Shown: piece after piece, positions 62,162 to 64,000 of the stretch | Position numbering within the stretch: position 1 is the stretch's first letter | Layout of the letters: every line of letters begins with the position of its first letter | DNA from: a virus | Taxonomy: Duplodnaviria > Caudoviricetes | Virus record (IMG/VR): IMGVR_UViG_3300032319_000568 | Location: 1 to 64,000 of that record | DNA: 64,000 nt | Direction: 5' to 3' (one strand) | Program-made: the position numbers and the translations under genes | The notes under the pieces: model-generated | The model's database searches: none | What the model was told of the DNA's origin: nothing | The model's input: only the letters and a program-made list of their open reading frames with translations

Positions 62162-63193
62162 TTATAAAACTCCAATTTGACGAATTGTTATACTTCCAGC
62201 ACCACCGTCACCACCTTTAGACGGCGACGTTCCACCGCCAGTGCCACCATTAACTGATATTGTACCTCCACTATTTACATATTGTTGACCATATAAAATT
62301 ACTATTCTACCACCTCCAGAACCTCCACCGCCACCAGCAGTTCCTGAACCTCCATTTGATCCATTTGCAGATATTACACCTGTACTTCCTAAAGTAAATG
62401 TTCCTTTAACAACTAAAATTATTACGCCTCCTGTACCAGTTCCACCGATGCCACCACCAGGCCCTGCTGTGCCGCCCGGATTACCGGCTCCCCCTCCACA
62501 ATTTGCTGTTGTGGCAACACCACCCGTCCCTCCATAATTTGATCCAACCGTAGCAGCGGGACCAGCACCTCCACCTGCGCCGCCGCTCCAACTGGTACCG
62601 GATCCACCGCGGTTGCCATTAAATCCACCACCTCCTCCTCCAGTATATCCATATCCAGCGGATAATCCGTTGGAACTTATACCACCTCCACCCGAACCAC
62701 TCGGATACAGTTTTACACTGTTAAATGAATAGTGTGGTATAAAGTTTCCATGATAATTTTTAGATTGATAAACATAATGCGCTATGCTGCCTGTAGATTT
62801 AGCGCCTAATCCTGTCATTGTTAATGTTCCGTTTATTGTACAGTTACCACCGACATATAACAATAAACATTTACATCTTTGAGACACCGTTATGGTATGA
62901 CCTGAATTAACTGTTAATGAAGTGTAGTTTTTAACTAATACTTCTTGATCCGCTGTAGTTGTGTACGTAAGACTCGATGTGGTATTTAAAGCTTTATCTG
63001 CTCCTGTACCAAACCAAGTAATTGCTGATTGAGAAAATTGTGTACATACATTTGTATACGTTATTTTTTTATTAAAATCTACATATCCGTCAGCATTTTG
63101 ATCTAGAGTAGCAGTAGGATCGTAAATCAAGTAATAATTACTACTTGATACATAATTACTTTCGGGTAAATCTGTGATTCTTTTATTTGGCAT
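62162..63193 (-). CDS. Glycine-rich fibre/surface protein, paralog 2
   Basis: RITDLP start; YTSLTVNSG...CKCLLLYV; same Gly-rich core. Confidence 0.75.
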   Translation of the reverse strand: MPNKRITDLPESNYVSSSNYYLIYDPTATLDQNADGYVDFNKKITYTNVCTQFSQSAITWFGTGADKALNTTSSLTYTTTADQEVLVKNYTSLTVNSGHTITVSQRCKCLLLYVGGNCTINGTLTMTGLGAKSTGSIAHYVYQSKNYHGNFIPHYSFNSVKLYPSGSGGGGISSNGLSAGYGYTGGGGGGFNGNRGGSGTSWSGGAGGGAGPAATVGSNYGGTGGVATTANCGGGAGNPGGTAGPGGGIGGTGTGGVIILVVKGTFTLGSTGVISANGSNGGSGTAGGGGGSGGGRIVILYGQQYVNSGGTISVNGGTGGGTSPSKGGDGGAGSITIRQIGVL

Positions 63194-63196
63194 AAA

Positions 63197-64000
63197 CTAA
63201 TTTGATATAGGATATATAGTATTTAATTTTTGTGTTGTGATTGAACCAGCGCCGCCATTACCTGCTGTATTTCCTCCGGTACCGGCGGCGCCGCCTGTTG
63301 CTGTTATAGATCCATAATTAGTTAAAGTGCCTCCATAATAGACATAAATTATACCTCCGCCACTTCCACCTCCTCCTCCACCTGTAACCGGACTGTTTGC
63401 ATTTCCTCCATTTGATCCGTTGGAATCGATTGATCCGTTAGGTCCGATTTTAAGATTGCCCCGAACAATTAATATTAATAATCCTCCTGTACCACTGCCG
63501 CCTGCTTGTGCTGATCCACCGCCACTGGCTCCTCCTGGATTACCAGCTCCACCTCCGCCGTATGGAACTCTACCAGCACCACCAGCTCCACCTATTGGAC
63601 TGCCGGTGCCACCTGTTACAGGACTCCCTAGGGCCGCACCACCGCCCCCCGCACCGCCGCTAAAAGAAGTGCCTGTGCCACCCGCCGCGGAGGAAGGCGC
63701 TCCGTAGCTACTACCGGCTCCTCCGCCACCAGATCTACCGCCTACACCTGTTAAACCGTCTATTTGTGGAGAGGGTGCGCCTGTGCCACCGCCAGCGCCT
63801 ACACTAAATACACGTGATAAATAACTTGATGACGGAAATAATCGGGGAGTCCAATAATCACCTAAATACGGTGGATTTACAGGATAAAACGACGCGTCTG
63901 TACCTGTAGCACTTGCTCCTCTCTGGGTCATACTCAAACTTCCACTTATAGTTGCGTCTCCGTCTACAAAAACAACCATTCCTTTACACCTATTTGTTGG
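63197..64000 (-). CDS. Glycine-rich fibre/surface protein, paralog 3 (5' partial)
   Basis: Frame open to window edge (PTNRCKGMVVFVDG); same core. Confidence 0.75.
   Translation of the reverse strand, partial: PTNRCKGMVVFVDGDATISGSLSMTQRGASATGTDASFYPVNPPYLGDYWTPRLFPSSSYLSRVFSVGAGGGTGAPSPQIDGLTGVGGRSGGGGAGSSYGAPSSAAGGTGTSFSGGAGGGGAALGSPVTGGTGSPIGGAGGAGRVPYGGGGAGNPGGASGGGSAQAGGSGTGGLLILIVRGNLKIGPNGSIDSNGSNGGNANSPVTGGGGGGSGGGIIYVYYGGTLTNYGSITATGGAAGTGGNTAGNGGAGSITTQKLNTIYPISN

Noticed and set aside
364-63707. Many short antisense or nested ORFs in the track (e.g. 8418-8798, 9963-10373, 33785-34159)
   Set aside because: They lie within well-supported genes on the other strand or frame and lack motifs
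1-64000. Genome-wide TAG recoding
   Set aside because: Long genes are intact under code 11, only one internal TAG was found, and TAG ends genes at 23284 and 63197

Overview
An AT-rich 64 kb segment of a large tailed dsDNA phage (jumbo/huge-phage type; inferred from gene content, host not determinable). It contains: (1) a T4-like replication module (Cas4-like exonuclease, family B DNA polymerase, sliding clamp, clamp loader, dUTPase, intein-containing SF2 helicase); (2) a very large glycan-synthesis complement (about 14 glycosyltransferase-like genes incl. GT2, GT4, GT6, GT8, GT47-like; three class I methyltransferases plus FkbM; a radical SAM enzyme; gmd/fcl; rfbA/rfbB/rfbH plus extra SDR enzymes) and an IscU scaffold; (3) modular acidic proteins resembling virion head proteins, one with an intein and one with a lysozyme domain; (4) small early-type genes behind sigma70-like promoters; (5) a stable-RNA island at about 52.9-56.2 kb with 12 tRNA genes (several atypical), a group I intron in tRNA-Leu(UAA), a tRNA with a 36-nt hairpin in its anticodon loop, five further folded ncRNA candidates and repeated boxA-like motifs, flanked by HNH endonucleases; (6) three tandem glycine-rich fibre-like genes. 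The strongest novelty candidates are the RNA island and a GT2 gene split by a homing endonuclease with no room for an intron. Family assignments are from motif recognition by eye, not database searches. A few single-base lesions mean some irregularities could be consensus errors.
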